The notes below the pieces were generated by a model, which was not told the DNA's origin, searched no databases, and worked only from the letters and a program-made list of their open reading frames with translations. Both the position numbers and the translations under genes were made by a program. A stretch of 64,000 nucleotides of DNA from Vulcanimicrobiota bacterium (lineage in GTDB: Bacteria; Vulcanimicrobiota; Vulcanimicrobiia; Eremiobacterales; Eremiobacteraceae). The DNA is taken from contig CAWETU010000001.1 in NCBI GenBank assembly GCA_963812135.1, positions 704,001-768,000 of the forward strand, in the 5' to 3' direction. Positions 8,934-19,307 of the stretch are shown here, in pieces. Within the stretch, counting starts at the first letter, position 1. The number at the start of each line of letters is the position of its first letter.

Positions 8934-9728
8934 ATGCTGCTCGCCGTCGAGGTCGGCAACACGAACATCAAGTTCGGGTTGTTCGAGACCGAGGGTGCGG
9001 CCGCCGGCACGCTCGTCCACACCTGGCGCTCGGACACCAATCGCCGGCAGACGGGCGACGATCTCGCGGCGCAGGTCGATTCGATGCTGCGGCTCAACTC
9101 GGTGGCGCGCTCGTCGGTGAAACGCGTGGCGGTGTCGAGCGTCGTGCCGCCGCTGTATCGCGCGTTGACCGAGATGGCGCAGCGCTATTTCGGAGCGCGG
9201 CCCGAATTCTTGTCCGCGGCGCGCCAATCGATCGTGCCGGTCAAGACGCGTCATGCATCCGAGCTCGGCGCCGATCTCATCGGGGGAGCGATCGGCGGCG
9301 TCACCAAATACGGCGCGCCGCTCATCGTGGTGCAGTTCGGCACCGCCACCACCTTCGCGGCGGTCTCCGGACACGGGGAGTATCTCGGCACCGCCATCGC
9401 GCCGGGCATCGAAGTGTCGGTCGACGCGCTCATCGGCCGCGCGGCGAAACTCATGGACGTGCCTTTAGTCAAGCCGCCGGCGGCGATCGGCACCGACACT
9501 CCCACCGCGCTGCAATCCGGCGTCATCCTCGGCTTCGTCGGTCAGGTGGAATATCTGGTCGCGAAGATCGCCGGCGAGATGGGTGAGAAGCCGACCGTCG
9601 TGGCGACCGGCGGATTGGCCGATCTGATCGTGCCGCACACCAGCGTCTTCGACGTCAAAGACGAGCGGCTCGTGCTCGACGGCCTCTACGTGTGGGCGTC
9701 CAAAGCCCGCACGCGGGCAAAGGTCTAG
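8934..9728 (+). CDS. coaX: Type III pantothenate kinase
   Basis: EVGNTN, SSVVP, LGAD, FGTATTF, IAPG, VATGG; lies in the CoA operon. Confidence 0.92.
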   Translation: MLLAVEVGNTNIKFGLFETEGAAAGTLVHTWRSDTNRRQTGDDLAAQVDSMLRLNSVARSSVKRVAVSSVVPPLYRALTEMAQRYFGARPEFLSAARQSIVPVKTRHASELGADLIGGAIGGVTKYGAPLIVVQFGTATTFAAVSGHGEYLGTAIAPGIEVSVDALIGRAAKLMDVPLVKPPAAIGTDTPTALQSGVILGFVGQVEYLVAKIAGEMGEKPTVVATGGLADLIVPHTSVFDVKDERLVLDGLYVWASKARTRAKV

Positions 9729-9740
9729 GACCCGACGTCG

Positions 9741-10316
9741 ATGTCGACAGACACGGTCACGATCGCGGCGTTCGCGGGCAGCCTGCGCAAGGGCTCGTTC
9801 AACCGCATGCTGCTGCGCAACGCAGTGACGCTCGCGCCGTCAGATGTTCGCATGGCTCCGATCGATATCGACGACGTGCCGCTCTTCAATGCCGACATCG
9901 AATCGCCGCCGCCGCCGGCAGTCGCCCGCATGCGCGACACGATCCGCAACGCTGACGCGCTGCTCGTCGTGACGCCCGAGTACAATTACTCGATGTCCGG
10001 TCCGACCAAGAACGCGCTCGACTGGGCGTCGCGTCCGTCCGACGACTCGTGCCTGAACGATAAGCCGGTCGGATTGGCCGGCTGCTCCACCGGCCGTTTC
10101 GGCGGCGCGCGCGCGAAGCTGGCGCTGCTGCCGGTGTTCGTGTTCAACAGCATGCACGTGCTCGACGACCCGATGGTCCATGTCGCCCGCGCGAACACCA
10201 AGTTCAATGCGCAAGGTGAGCTCATCGACGACGAGATCAAGGCCGAGATGCGCGAACTGCTCTCGGCGCTTGCCGCCTTCGCACGCCGGCTCGGAAAAGG
10301 GAAAACCGCACCATGA
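9741..10316 (+). CDS. NADPH-dependent FMN reductase (ChrR-like)
   Basis: GSLRKGSFN, VTPEYNYS, KNALDWASRP. Confidence 0.9.
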   Translation: MSTDTVTIAAFAGSLRKGSFNRMLLRNAVTLAPSDVRMAPIDIDDVPLFNADIESPPPPAVARMRDTIRNADALLVVTPEYNYSMSGPTKNALDWASRPSDDSCLNDKPVGLAGCSTGRFGGARAKLALLPVFVFNSMHVLDDPMVHVARANTKFNAQGELIDDEIKAEMRELLSALAAFARRLGKGKTAP

Positions 10317-11230
10317 CCGATCAGCTGGACCCGATCCATTCGACGGCGCTCGACCTCAACCGCAAGGCGTTCATCGGCATGTCGGCAGGCGCCATCGCCG
10401 CGACATCCACCATCGCCGCCGCACTTGCGGCCGGCGAGGATCTGGGCAAGCCTCATCCGCCGATCGTGTCGGAAAGAGACCCCGCGATCCGCACGCAACA
10501 CGTCACGCTCGCTCGGCCGGATCAGCCGATCTCGGCATACGCGGCGTATCCGAAGAACGCGACTGACGCGACGCCCGGCGTCGTCGTCTGCCAGGCCATC
10601 TGGGGCGTCGATGCGCAGATCCGCGACACCGTCCGCCGTCTTGCGAAGGAAGGTTACGTGGCGATCGCGCCCGAGCTGTACTCGCGGTCCAAAGACATGC
10701 CGTCAGGCGACGGCGCGACCGACTACAAGCCGTTCTCCGAGCTTGCCTCTCAGTTGGTCGACGCAACCGTCGACGGCGATATCGCCGCCGGCGCGACGTG
10801 GATCCGCCAGCGCGCGAAAGCCGCCGAGCAGCAGCGGCCGCCGAAGATCGCCGTGATGGGTTTTTGCATGGGCGGGGGGATCGCGTTGCGCGCGGCCGTC
10901 GACGACTCGAACTTCGACGCCGCCGATGTGTTCTACGGCAAGGTCCGCTGGGGACAGAGCAACGATGGGCCGATCACGGACATGGCGCTCGCGTACACCG
11001 ATAAGCTGCGCGTGCCGCTGATGGGCAACTATGGCGGTCGCGACACCGGCATCTTGCCGGATGACGTGCGCGAAATGGCCAAACGCCTGACGGTGCCGAA
11101 CGATGTCAAGATCTACGACGAAGCCGGGCACGCGTTCTTCGACGACACGCGCGAGTCGTACGTCGCATCCGCCGCGAGCGACGCGTGGACGCGCACGCTC
11201 GCATGGTATGCGAAGTATTTGAAGAGCTGA
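10313..11230 (+). CDS. Dienelactone hydrolase family protein with a Tat-like leader
   Basis: GFCMGG nucleophile, AGHAF; N-terminal NRKAFI followed by an Ala-rich segment. Confidence 0.88.
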   Translation: MTDQLDPIHSTALDLNRKAFIGMSAGAIAATSTIAAALAAGEDLGKPHPPIVSERDPAIRTQHVTLARPDQPISAYAAYPKNATDATPGVVVCQAIWGVDAQIRDTVRRLAKEGYVAIAPELYSRSKDMPSGDGATDYKPFSELASQLVDATVDGDIAAGATWIRQRAKAAEQQRPPKIAVMGFCMGGGIALRAAVDDSNFDAADVFYGKVRWGQSNDGPITDMALAYTDKLRVPLMGNYGGRDTGILPDDVREMAKRLTVPNDVKIYDEAGHAFFDDTRESYVASAASDAWTRTLAWYAKYLKS

Positions 11231-11240
11231 CGCACGCCCG

Positions 11241-12545
11241 ATGGTGCCACTCGGACGCAAGACGCTCTTCCAAGACCTACCGCGGTTTCTTGTGGCGCAG
11301 GCGGGCGTCGCATTCGCGGTCGGACTGATCGCGATCGAAGCGGGCGTCTATTTCGGGTTCCTCAAAGGGGCGGTACTGCCGATCGAGGAGTCGCGTGCCG
11401 ACTTGTGGGTGGCGGCACGCGAAACGCAGTACTTCGAGCTCGCGCTGCTGATGCGATATGACTCGGTCGCGAAGGCCGCCGGGGTCACCGGCGTCGAGCG
11501 CGCAGAAGCGATGCTGCTCGAAACCTCGGCTTGGCGCGGACCGGGCCACAAGCTGGAATACGTCCGAGTCATCGGGTTCGATCCCGATGGCGAACTCTGG
11601 TCGCCGGGCCCGGTGCCGAAGGCGGCGTTGACAAAGCTGCACGGCACTGACACGGCGATCGTCGACGCTTCCAAGCTCCCCGGGCTCAACATCGACGGCA
11701 TTGGCGACTCGGGCAAGATCGGACAGCGTGAGGTGCGCATCGTCGGCCTGACGCAGGGCACCCAGCCGATGGTGTCGGCGACATTCGTCTACGCGTCGCT
11801 ACCGAACGCCGCGGCGTACCTCGCACCGCCGCCGCCTTCAGCGCGCTCGATCGCCGTTGCGAAAGCGGAGCTCGCCGCGATGCAGTCCGCGCTCGCCGCT
11901 GAACGGGCTGCGTTCGCTGGCGCGCCCGACTTGCTCGCTCAGTTGCCGACGCCGCCGCCCGCCGTTGCGCCGGCACCGGCGGCCTCACCCAGCGATAGTT
12001 TGAAGCCGTCCGACGGCATCAGCTACGTCCTCATCAAGGCCAAGCCCGGAGTGGACATCGATGCGCTCAAAGGGCGGCTCACCACCGAACTGCCGGACAC
12101 GATCGCGTACACGAAAGCCGAGATGATCGAGCGGACGGACTCGTATTGGGTCAAGCGCACCGGCATCGGCTTCGTGCTCGGCCTGCTCGCGATCGTCGGG
12201 CTGGTCGTCGGCGGAACGGTCGCCGGGCAGATCCTCTACACTTCGGTGTCCGAACACATCAAGGAGTACGGCACGCTGCGCGCCATGGGCGCGCCTGACT
12301 CGCTGTTCTACGCAGTCGTCGCCGAGCAGGCGTTTCTGTTGGCGCTGCTCGGCTTCGTGCCCGGCATCATCCTCAGTCTGATCATCGCGCAATGGGCGCA
12401 CCAGCATCGCGACATCCTCATCCTCATCACGCCCGGGAGCGCCGCACTGACGCTCGCGATCATCGTCGCGATGTGCGTCGGCGCCGGCATCTTCGCGGTC
12501 CAGCGCGCGCTGCGCGTCGATCCGGCGATCGTGTTCAAGGCATGA
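11241..12545 (+). CDS. ABC transporter permease (FtsX/DevC-like)
   Basis: N-terminal TM, large periplasmic region, EHIKEYGTLRAMGA, C-terminal VDPAIVF. Confidence 0.85.
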   Translation: MVPLGRKTLFQDLPRFLVAQAGVAFAVGLIAIEAGVYFGFLKGAVLPIEESRADLWVAARETQYFELALLMRYDSVAKAAGVTGVERAEAMLLETSAWRGPGHKLEYVRVIGFDPDGELWSPGPVPKAALTKLHGTDTAIVDASKLPGLNIDGIGDSGKIGQREVRIVGLTQGTQPMVSATFVYASLPNAAAYLAPPPPSARSIAVAKAELAAMQSALAAERAAFAGAPDLLAQLPTPPPAVAPAPAASPSDSLKPSDGISYVLIKAKPGVDIDALKGRLTTELPDTIAYTKAEMIERTDSYWVKRTGIGFVLGLLAIVGLVVGGTVAGQILYTSVSEHIKEYGTLRAMGAPDSLFYAVVAEQAFLLALLGFVPGIILSLIIAQWAHQHRDILILITPGSAALTLAIIVAMCVGAGIFAVQRALRVDPAIVFKA

Positions 12546-13240
12546 CCCGCGCTCTGGCGATCATCGCCCACGACGTGCAGATGACCTATCGCGACGGTGC
12601 AACGGCGACCCGCGCCTTGCGCGGCGTCTCGCTCGAGATGAACGCCGGCGAGTTCCTCTTGCTCATGGGTCCATCGGGCTCGGGCAAGACGACGCTGCTC
12701 TCGATCCTCGGCGGCATCCTCACCCCGACGTCGGGCGAGGTGGTCGCGTTGGGTACGCGGCTCAGCTCGCTTAATCCGAGCGCGCTCGCGCGCTTTCGGC
12801 TCGCCAATCTCGGCTTCGTCTTTCAGGGATTCAATCTGTTCGGCGCGCTTACGGCGCGCGAGAATGTCGCGCTGGCGCTCGCGCTCAAGGGCGAGCGCAA
12901 ATCGAAGATACGCGCTCAGGCAGATGCGCTGCTCGCCGAAGTCGGCTTGCGCGACAAGAATGACAGCCGACCCGCCGAGCTCTCAGCCGGCGAGAAACAG
13001 CGCGTGGCGATCGCCCGGGCGCTCGCCTGTTCGCCGCGCATCATCATGGCGGACGAACCCACCGCGTCGTTGGACTCCGAAAACGGCAAGGCGGTGACCG
13101 ATCTGCTATGCGCACTTGCGAAGTCGCGCGGCGCCGCGGTGCTCACCGTGACGCACGATCCGCGTATCGCCGACGTGGCGGATCGGATCGTCTATCTCGA
13201 GGACGGTGCGTTGAAAGATAGTCCAGTAGCAGCGCATTGA
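12542..13240 (+). CDS. ABC transporter ATP-binding protein (LolD/DevA-like)
   Basis: GPSGSGKTT, LSAGEKQRVAIARA, MADEPT, VTHD. Confidence 0.92.
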   Translation: MTRALAIIAHDVQMTYRDGATATRALRGVSLEMNAGEFLLLMGPSGSGKTTLLSILGGILTPTSGEVVALGTRLSSLNPSALARFRLANLGFVFQGFNLFGALTARENVALALALKGERKSKIRAQADALLAEVGLRDKNDSRPAELSAGEKQRVAIARALACSPRIIMADEPTASLDSENGKAVTDLLCALAKSRGAAVLTVTHDPRIADVADRIVYLEDGALKDSPVAAH

Positions 13241-13973
13241 ACACGGCGGGCCGCTCGATCATCGGCACGTGGCCGCAGCGCTCGACTCTGAAAAATGCGC
13301 CGTCGCGCGCGTGCGGCGCGAGCTGGCGCTCCCACAACGGGCACGGGCTGATACGGTCATGCGCGCCCCAGATCATGAGCACGAACGCCTCGATCCGGTC
13401 GAGCACCGCCGCGTAATCGTAGTCCGTGCATTCCTTCATCAGCCGGATCATGCTGATCATGCGCCGGTGTTCTTTGAACAGTCGGATCGTCTCATCGATG
13501 TCGCGCTCGCCGACGCATCCAGGATCGTGGAAGATCTTGTCCAGGAGCGTCATCGCGATCGGACGTGTGGCTTTGCCTTGGAACGTGATGCCGAGCTGCG
13601 CCGTCGTGATCGAGCCCGGCGCGCCGCAGAGCACGAGCATGTCGACGCGTTCGGGATGGGCGAGCGTGCAATCGAGCGCGATGCGCGTACCGTACGACCC
13701 GCCTGCGACGATCGCCGACTCGATGTCGCATCGGTCCATGCTCTCGATGACGAGCCGCGCGAGCGGCGCCGCGCTGGCGTGCTGCCCCGCGAACGGTTCG
13801 ACGAAGGCGAGGTAGCCGTAGCCGCGCTCCGTGAGCGCGTCCATCGTCGGCCGCCACATCCACTCGCCGGCGATGAGCCCGGGCAACAACACGACGTGTG
13901 GTTGGGCACCGGCGGGCGGTTGATAGACGAACGCGTCGTTTGCGAGCGGTTGTCGCGGCGCCGCGGCGCGCAT
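13143..13973 (-). CDS. Alpha/beta hydrolase
   Basis: LLPGL, GGSYG nucleophile elbow, IWGAHD, CGHVPMIERP; 3' end overlaps the convergent ABC gene. Confidence 0.82.
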   Translation of the reverse strand: MRAAAPRQPLANDAFVYQPPAGAQPHVVLLPGLIAGEWMWRPTMDALTERGYGYLAFVEPFAGQHASAAPLARLVIESMDRCDIESAIVAGGSYGTRIALDCTLAHPERVDMLVLCGAPGSITTAQLGITFQGKATRPIAMTLLDKIFHDPGCVGERDIDETIRLFKEHRRMISMIRLMKECTDYDYAAVLDRIEAFVLMIWGAHDRISPCPLWERQLAPHARDGAFFRVERCGHVPMIERPAVFNALLLDYLSTHRPRDRRSDPPRRRYADRASR

Positions 13974-13978
13974 CGTGC

Positions 13979-15157
13979 TCACGCGCGTTGGGGCGCGTCC
14001 AGCGCGAGCGCGACCATCATCTGCACGCCCGCCGGCAGGCACGCCTCGTCGATCGCGAAGCGCGCGTTGTGGTGCGCCACCGCCGTCCGCTCGTCGGACT
14101 GCGAGCCGAGGAAGAAGAAGCATCCAGGGCGGCGCTGCAGCATGAATGAGAAATCTTCTGCGCCCATCGTCTGCTCGAGTAGACCCATCCGCTGCGCGCC
14201 GACCGTGCGCGTCGCCAGGGCGTGCACGTACGCCGCTTCGGTCGCATCGTTGACGGTGACCGGATACCGCTGGATGTATTGATAATCGTACGCGGCGCCG
14301 TGCCCCGAGCAGCATCCGGCCAGCACGCGTTCGATACGCGGCTTCATCTGCGCGCGCTCGGCTTCCGAGTAGGCGCGCACTGTGCCAAGCATCGCGACGC
14401 TGTCGGGGATCACGTTGTGGATCGTGCCGCCGTGGATCGCGCCGATCGTGATGACCGCCGGCTCGATCGGATCGACGTTGCGGCTCACGATCGATTGGAG
14501 CTGCGCGATGAAGTATGCAGAGGTCACGATGGGATCGACGGTCTGGTGCGGCGCCGCTCCATGGCCGCCTCGCCCGCGGATCGTCACCTCGATGGAATCG
14601 CTTGACGCCATCACCGGTCCGGGGCGCACCAGCACCTGGCCGGTCGGATAGAGCGAGCTCAGATGGAGGCCGTAGACGCGATCGACATGAGGATCGTCGA
14701 GCACGCCGTCCTCGATCATCGCGCGCGCGCCGCCCTTGCCTTCCTCAGCAGGCTGGAAGCACAGCACGATCGTGCCGTGCACGAGGTCGCGGCGTTCCAT
14801 GATCATCTGCGCGGCGCCGAGCAGTATGGCGGTGTGGGCGTCGTGGCCGCACGCGTGCATCTTGCCGGGCGACGTCGACGCGAACTCGACACCGCTGCGC
14901 TCGTCGATCGGCAAGCAATCCATGTCGGCGCGCAGCAGCACCGTCTTGCCCGGCCGCTTGGTGCGCAGGATCCCGATGACGCCCGTCTGCCCCAAGCCCG
15001 TCCGCACTTCGTAGCCGAGCGCCTTGAGCCGCTCCGCGACGATCTTCGCGGTGCGCACCTCCTCAAAGCCGAGTTCGGGGTGCGCATGGAAGTCGCGCCG
15101 CAGTTCGACGACGTCGCGGATGACCGGCGCGGGCACCTCGAGCAGCGTCGAGCTCAT
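13979..15157 (-). CDS. M20D amidohydrolase
   Basis: RRDFHAHPELGFEE, LRADMD, MHACGHD, FQPAEEG, GGHGA, EDFS. Confidence 0.93.
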   Translation of the reverse strand: MSSTLLEVPAPVIRDVVELRRDFHAHPELGFEEVRTAKIVAERLKALGYEVRTGLGQTGVIGILRTKRPGKTVLLRADMDCLPIDERSGVEFASTSPGKMHACGHDAHTAILLGAAQMIMERRDLVHGTIVLCFQPAEEGKGGARAMIEDGVLDDPHVDRVYGLHLSSLYPTGQVLVRPGPVMASSDSIEVTIRGRGGHGAAPHQTVDPIVTSAYFIAQLQSIVSRNVDPIEPAVITIGAIHGGTIHNVIPDSVAMLGTVRAYSEAERAQMKPRIERVLAGCCSGHGAAYDYQYIQRYPVTVNDATEAAYVHALATRTVGAQRMGLLEQTMGAEDFSFMLQRRPGCFFFLGSQSDERTAVAHHNARFAIDEACLPAGVQMMVALALDAPQRA

Positions 15158-16272
15158 TTTCCGCTCGGTCCTTGTTTCGTCCAGGTCAGTCCGCCGTCGG
15201 CGGTCGCCGCGATGATCGGCGCGCCCGCAGCCGATGAGCCGACGATCCAGCCGTGATTCGCGTCGGCGAACGATACGGCGACAGGACCGGCCAGCGTCAC
15301 ATCCGGCACGGTCGAGACCGATTGCCACGACTTGCCACCGTCGTTCGTGCCCGTGATCGAGACCGCGCCTCGCGTGCCGCACTGCGGGCACCCGCCGACG
15401 AAATACGCGGTGTTCGCATCGACGACCGCAAACGGGCCGGGCCACGGTCCAGGTCCGCCCTGTACGGCGGTGTCTTGCGGATACGCCTCGGGCGTGCTCT
15501 TGTTCGCGAGCACGGCTTGCCAATGCGTGCCGCCGTCAATCGTGCGATAGACGATGTAGGGACGTTGGTCGCCCGAGGGAGCGCCGGCGAACTGCACCCA
15601 CGCGACGTCGCTCGCGGCGCAGCCGATCATCGCATACCAGACGCGTTTCGTGTCGATCTGCGGCGAGAACACGTTTGAGAACGTGTCGCCGCCGTCATCC
15701 GATCGAAGCACCGCCGCCTGATACGCCGCCCACGGATGTTGCGGGTTCGACACGCACGCCGAATCGACGAGTTCGGTCGCATCGAGGACGCGCCACGAGC
15801 GAGCGCCGTCGGTGGTGCCGGCCAAGCGGCCGCCGAAAAACGGCGGGATGCGCTCCGTCGTGCCGCTCGCCGGAAGCGGCGAACCGCCGGCCATGGCGAG
15901 GCCGAACGTCGAGCTGCCAAAACTGATCTGGCGCGCGGGATTGCGCGGTTCGGCCAGCTTGTTCCATGATTTTCCGCCGTCGGTCGTGCCGAGCATGACG
16001 CCCGAGCCGGGGATCGGATCGATGCCGGCCGCATAGCCGACGCCGGAGCTCACGAAGCTCAGCGACCAGATCTGGTCGCGGCCAGTGTACTCGCGCTGCC
16101 AGGTCTTGCCGCCGTCGGTGGTCCCCAAGATGGTGCCATCGCCGCCGACCCAGCCGGTGTTCGCAGAGACGAAATCCACCGCGCGCAGCGCGGCCGATGC
16201 GGGCGCGCCGGCGCTCGCCAACAATGCGATCGTGGCGACGAGGCACACGCCCGCCGCATGATGGTTCTTCAT
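15154..16272 (-). CDS. Secreted BNR/Asp-box beta-propeller protein (Ycf48-like)
   Basis: Signal peptide; repeated TxDGGxxW motifs. Confidence 0.85.
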   Translation of the reverse strand: MKNHHAAGVCLVATIALLASAGAPASAALRAVDFVSANTGWVGGDGTILGTTDGGKTWQREYTGRDQIWSLSFVSSGVGYAAGIDPIPGSGVMLGTTDGGKSWNKLAEPRNPARQISFGSSTFGLAMAGGSPLPASGTTERIPPFFGGRLAGTTDGARSWRVLDATELVDSACVSNPQHPWAAYQAAVLRSDDGGDTFSNVFSPQIDTKRVWYAMIGCAASDVAWVQFAGAPSGDQRPYIVYRTIDGGTHWQAVLANKSTPEAYPQDTAVQGGPGPWPGPFAVVDANTAYFVGGCPQCGTRGAVSITGTNDGGKSWQSVSTVPDVTLAGPVAVSFADANHGWIVGSSAAGAPIIAATADGGLTWTKQGPSGK

Positions 16273-16354
16273 AACCGCACGGTTCCTGAGCCGCTTCACC
16301 GCGCCCTACCTCGTCGAGGCGGCTCGCGGGCGCAAGTCGAACCTACATCTCCAC

Positions 16355-17383
16355 ATGTTGTCCGCTCGCCCCCTCAAGATCGGTCATGTCGAGGCGTCCC
16401 CGCCCTTGGCGCTCGCGCCGATGGCAGGTGTGACGAACGCACTCTTCCGGCGGCTGTTCAAACCGTTCGGGCTTGGTCTGACGGTGAGCGAGTTCGTATC
16501 GGCGCAGTCGCTGGTGCGCATGAACGCGCGCACGCTCGAGATGATCGACGTGTACGACGACGAGCGGCCGTGCGCGGTGCAGCTGCACGGCAGCGATCCT
16601 GAGGTCATGGCGCGCGCGGCGCGCTTCGTCGAGGAGTGCGGCGCCGATATCGTCGACATCAACTTCGGCTGCCCCGCGCCCAAGATCGTCAAAGGCGGCG
16701 ACGGCGCGGCGATCTTGCGCGATCCCGATCTGGCGGTGCGCATCTGCGATGCGGTTCGCAAGGCGGTCGTCAAAGCGCCGGTGACGGTCAAGATGCGGCT
16801 CGGCTGGGAGTCGGACAACTTCACGCACCTCGACATCGCGTTGCGCGCGGAAGCCGTCGGCATCGACGCATTCACCTTGCATGGCCGCTACGGGAAACAG
16901 TTCTATAAAGGAAGCGCGGATTGGTCGTACATCGCCCGGCTCAAGGAGGCGCTCCACGTGCCGGTCATCGGCAACGGCGACATCGCCAGCGCCGACGACG
17001 CGCTGCGCCGAATGCGCGAGACGGGCGTCGACGCGATCATGGTCGGCCGCGCCACGCTCGGCAACCCGTGGCTGCTCCGCGAAATCGCTGCGGCGATGCG
17101 CGGCGAACCTGCGCCCGGTCCGCCCAGCGTGCAGGAGCGCGTCGATTTCGCGCGCGCTCATTTCGACGCGATGGTCGAACGCTACGGCGAGAAGTCCGGC
17201 GTTTTGCAGATGCGCAAGCATCTGGGCTGGTATCTCAAAGGGATCCGCGACGCGTCGAGCCTGCGCGAGCGCATCAACCACGCGCCGACGGCCGACGAGG
17301 TCCGCGCGATCGTCGAAGAAGCCCGTTCCAGAGAACTTGAGCCGGACGGGAGTCCGCACCCGGAAGCAGCTCTCGCAGGGTGA
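16355..17383 (+). CDS. dusB: tRNA dihydrouridine synthase
   Basis: LAPMAGVT, DINFGCP, VTVKMRLG, HGR, IGNGDI, MVGRA, MRKHLGWY. Confidence 0.95.
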   Translation: MLSARPLKIGHVEASPPLALAPMAGVTNALFRRLFKPFGLGLTVSEFVSAQSLVRMNARTLEMIDVYDDERPCAVQLHGSDPEVMARAARFVEECGADIVDINFGCPAPKIVKGGDGAAILRDPDLAVRICDAVRKAVVKAPVTVKMRLGWESDNFTHLDIALRAEAVGIDAFTLHGRYGKQFYKGSADWSYIARLKEALHVPVIGNGDIASADDALRRMRETGVDAIMVGRATLGNPWLLREIAAAMRGEPAPGPPSVQERVDFARAHFDAMVERYGEKSGVLQMRKHLGWYLKGIRDASSLRERINHAPTADEVRAIVEEARSRELEPDGSPHPEAALAG

Positions 17384-17400
17384 CGCGGGACATCCCGCCG

Positions 17401-17427
17401 GAAACCTTTGGACGGGTATGCCGATAT
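17401..17427 (+). promoter_or_regulatory. Putative sigma28 (FliA/SigD)-type promoter
   Basis: GAAA-N15-GCCGATAT versus the SigD consensus TAAA-N15-GCCGATAT. Confidence 0.5.
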
Positions 17428-17482
17428 AGTAGGCGGAACATCGGCCGCACGACACGCCGCGCCGACAAGGAGCTATTCTCTC

Positions 17483-18112
17483 ATGCCTGACCAGGACGCG
17501 CCTCAGCCGCCCGCAACCGTTCCGCAGGCCGCGCCGCCCGCGGCAACGCCGCAGGCGCAACCCAACGTCGCGCAACGCGTCGAGAATTTCGACGCGCATC
17601 TTCCGCCCGTGGGCGAAGCGCTCGCAAATCTCGCGCACCTGATCCCTGGATTCGCGGGCTACAAGGCGGTTGAGGATCGGCGCATCGCCGACAAACAGTT
17701 GCGCGCCGTCATCGGCGAGCGACTGACCGGCATTCAAGACCGGCTCGACGCCGTCGTCGAAAGCATCTCGCGCTCCGGCGGCCTCGATGGCCTTGCATTG
17801 ATCGATCAGACGAAGCGGCGCCTCGGCAAACTCATCGATCGCATGCGTTTCGCGGATTATGGGTATTCGGCCGTGTTCGATCGCGTGCAGCTCGGCGAGC
17901 CCGAGCTCGCGCGTCTGTATCAATATGACACGGGGATCATGAACGAGCTGCCGTCCTTCGATTCGGCGGTCATGGGCGTCGAAGCCGCCGCCGGCGACCC
18001 CGCAAAACTGACGCAGGCGCTCCAGACATTTGACGCGCTCACCGCGGAGTTCGACCGGCGTTTCGAAGCGCGCCAGCACCTCTTCGATCCGATAGCCACC
18101 CCGCCGCTCTGA
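17483..18112 (+). CDS. Conserved hypothetical alpha-helical protein upstream of the SPFH gene
   Basis: AAGGAG RBS; IPGFAGY...RRIADKQLR...RFADYGYSAVFD...ELARLYQYD. Confidence 0.75.
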   Translation: MPDQDAPQPPATVPQAAPPAATPQAQPNVAQRVENFDAHLPPVGEALANLAHLIPGFAGYKAVEDRRIADKQLRAVIGERLTGIQDRLDAVVESISRSGGLDGLALIDQTKRRLGKLIDRMRFADYGYSAVFDRVQLGEPELARLYQYDTGIMNELPSFDSAVMGVEAAAGDPAKLTQALQTFDALTAEFDRRFEARQHLFDPIATPPL

Positions 18113-18225
18113 TCGGCACGGTCAGTCGCGGGACAAGGCGGCCGGCGCCTTGAAACAGTAGCGCGCGCGCTCGGTACAACTGAAGTGCACTCAAACGGCG
18201 TGAGCACGAGGTAAAGATTTCAGTC

Positions 18226-19302
18226 ATGGCACTCGGTCTTTCCGTCATCGAATTCTTCGACGACAGCGGGCAGCAAATCGTCCACCGCTGGCCCGAAGCG
18301 GGCTCCACCGACATCAAGTGGGGCAGTCAGCTCATCGTGCAAGAGAGCCAGGCCGCGGTGTTCTTCCGCGACGGCCGCGCGCTCGACACGTTCACGCCCG
18401 GCCGCTACACGCTGTCGACGCAGAACTTGCCGGTGTTGACGAAGTTCCTCTCGATCCCATTCGGCGGCACGTCGCCGTTCCAGTCGCAGGTCTACTTCGT
18501 GGCTATGAAAGTGTTCACGAACCTGCATTGGGGCACGGCCGAGCCGATCGTGTTCCGCGACGCCGAGTTCTCGATGGTGCGCCTGCGCGCGTATGGCATC
18601 TTCAGCGTGCGCGTCACGGATGCGCAGCTGTTCGTGAACAAGATCGTCGGCACGCAGAACGTCTACACGTCGGATTCGCTGCAAGATTTCTTCCGCAACA
18701 TCATCGTGTCGCGCTTGAACAACCTGCTCGGCGAGACGGTCAAGAGTGTGCTCGACCTGCCCAAGTATTACGACGCGCTGGATGCCGCAGCGAAGAGCCG
18801 CGTGAAGGACGACTTCGCTGAGTACGGCGTCGAGCTGGTCGACTTCCTCATCAACGCGATCACGCCGCCCGATGAGGTGCAGAAGGTCATCGACGAACGC
18901 ACCGGCATGGGCGTCGTCGGCAACATGAATCAGTACATGCAGTTCAAGGCCGCCAAATCGTTGGAAGACGCGGCGCAGAACCAGGGCGGGTCCGCCGGCG
19001 CGGCAGCGGGCATCGGCATGGGCGCGGGCCTCGGTTTTGTAGTCCCCGGCATGATCAACGCAGCGATGCAGGCGCAACAGCAACAAGCAGCCGCTAGTGC
19101 TCCGGCTGCGGGCGCGGCGGCTGCCGGCGCGGCGATCGCGACCATCGCGTGCCCCAACTGCCAAGCGAAGATACCGGCGAATTCGAAGTTCTGCCCGGAG
19201 TGCGGCAAGCCGGTCGCGCAAACGGTCGAGTGCCCGAGCTGCCACCAGCAGAACGCGCCGGGCGCGAAGTTCTGCGCGAACTGCGGAACGAAGCTCGAGT
19301 AG
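18226..19302 (+). CDS. SPFH/band-7 domain protein (YdjI-like) with a C-terminal double zinc ribbon
   Basis: [33 protein letters not shown]; four CxxC pairs at the C-terminus. Confidence 0.9.
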   Translation: MALGLSVIEFFDDSGQQIVHRWPEAGSTDIKWGSQLIVQESQAAVFFRDGRALDTFTPGRYTLSTQNLPVLTKFLSIPFGGTSPFQSQVYFVAMKVFTNLHWGTAEPIVFRDAEFSMVRLRAYGIFSVRVTDAQLFVNKIVGTQNVYTSDSLQDFFRNIIVSRLNNLLGETVKSVLDLPKYYDALDAAAKSRVKDDFAEYGVELVDFLINAITPPDEVQKVIDERTGMGVVGNMNQYMQFKAAKSLEDAAQNQGGSAGAAAGIGMGAGLGFVVPGMINAAMQAQQQQAAASAPAAGAAAAGAAIATIACPNCQAKIPANSKFCPECGKPVAQTVECPSCHQQNAPGAKFCANCGTKLE

Positions 19303-19307
19303 CGCCG

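Noticed and set aside
13143..13240. 98-bp tail-to-tail overlap of the hydrolase and ABC ATPase genes
   Set aside because: Convergent overlaps caused by scarce stop codons are common in GC-rich genomes; no other signal.
15154..16272. Ycf48-like protein as evidence of photosystem genes
   Set aside because: BNR/Asp-box propellers are widespread, and no photosynthesis genes are in the window.
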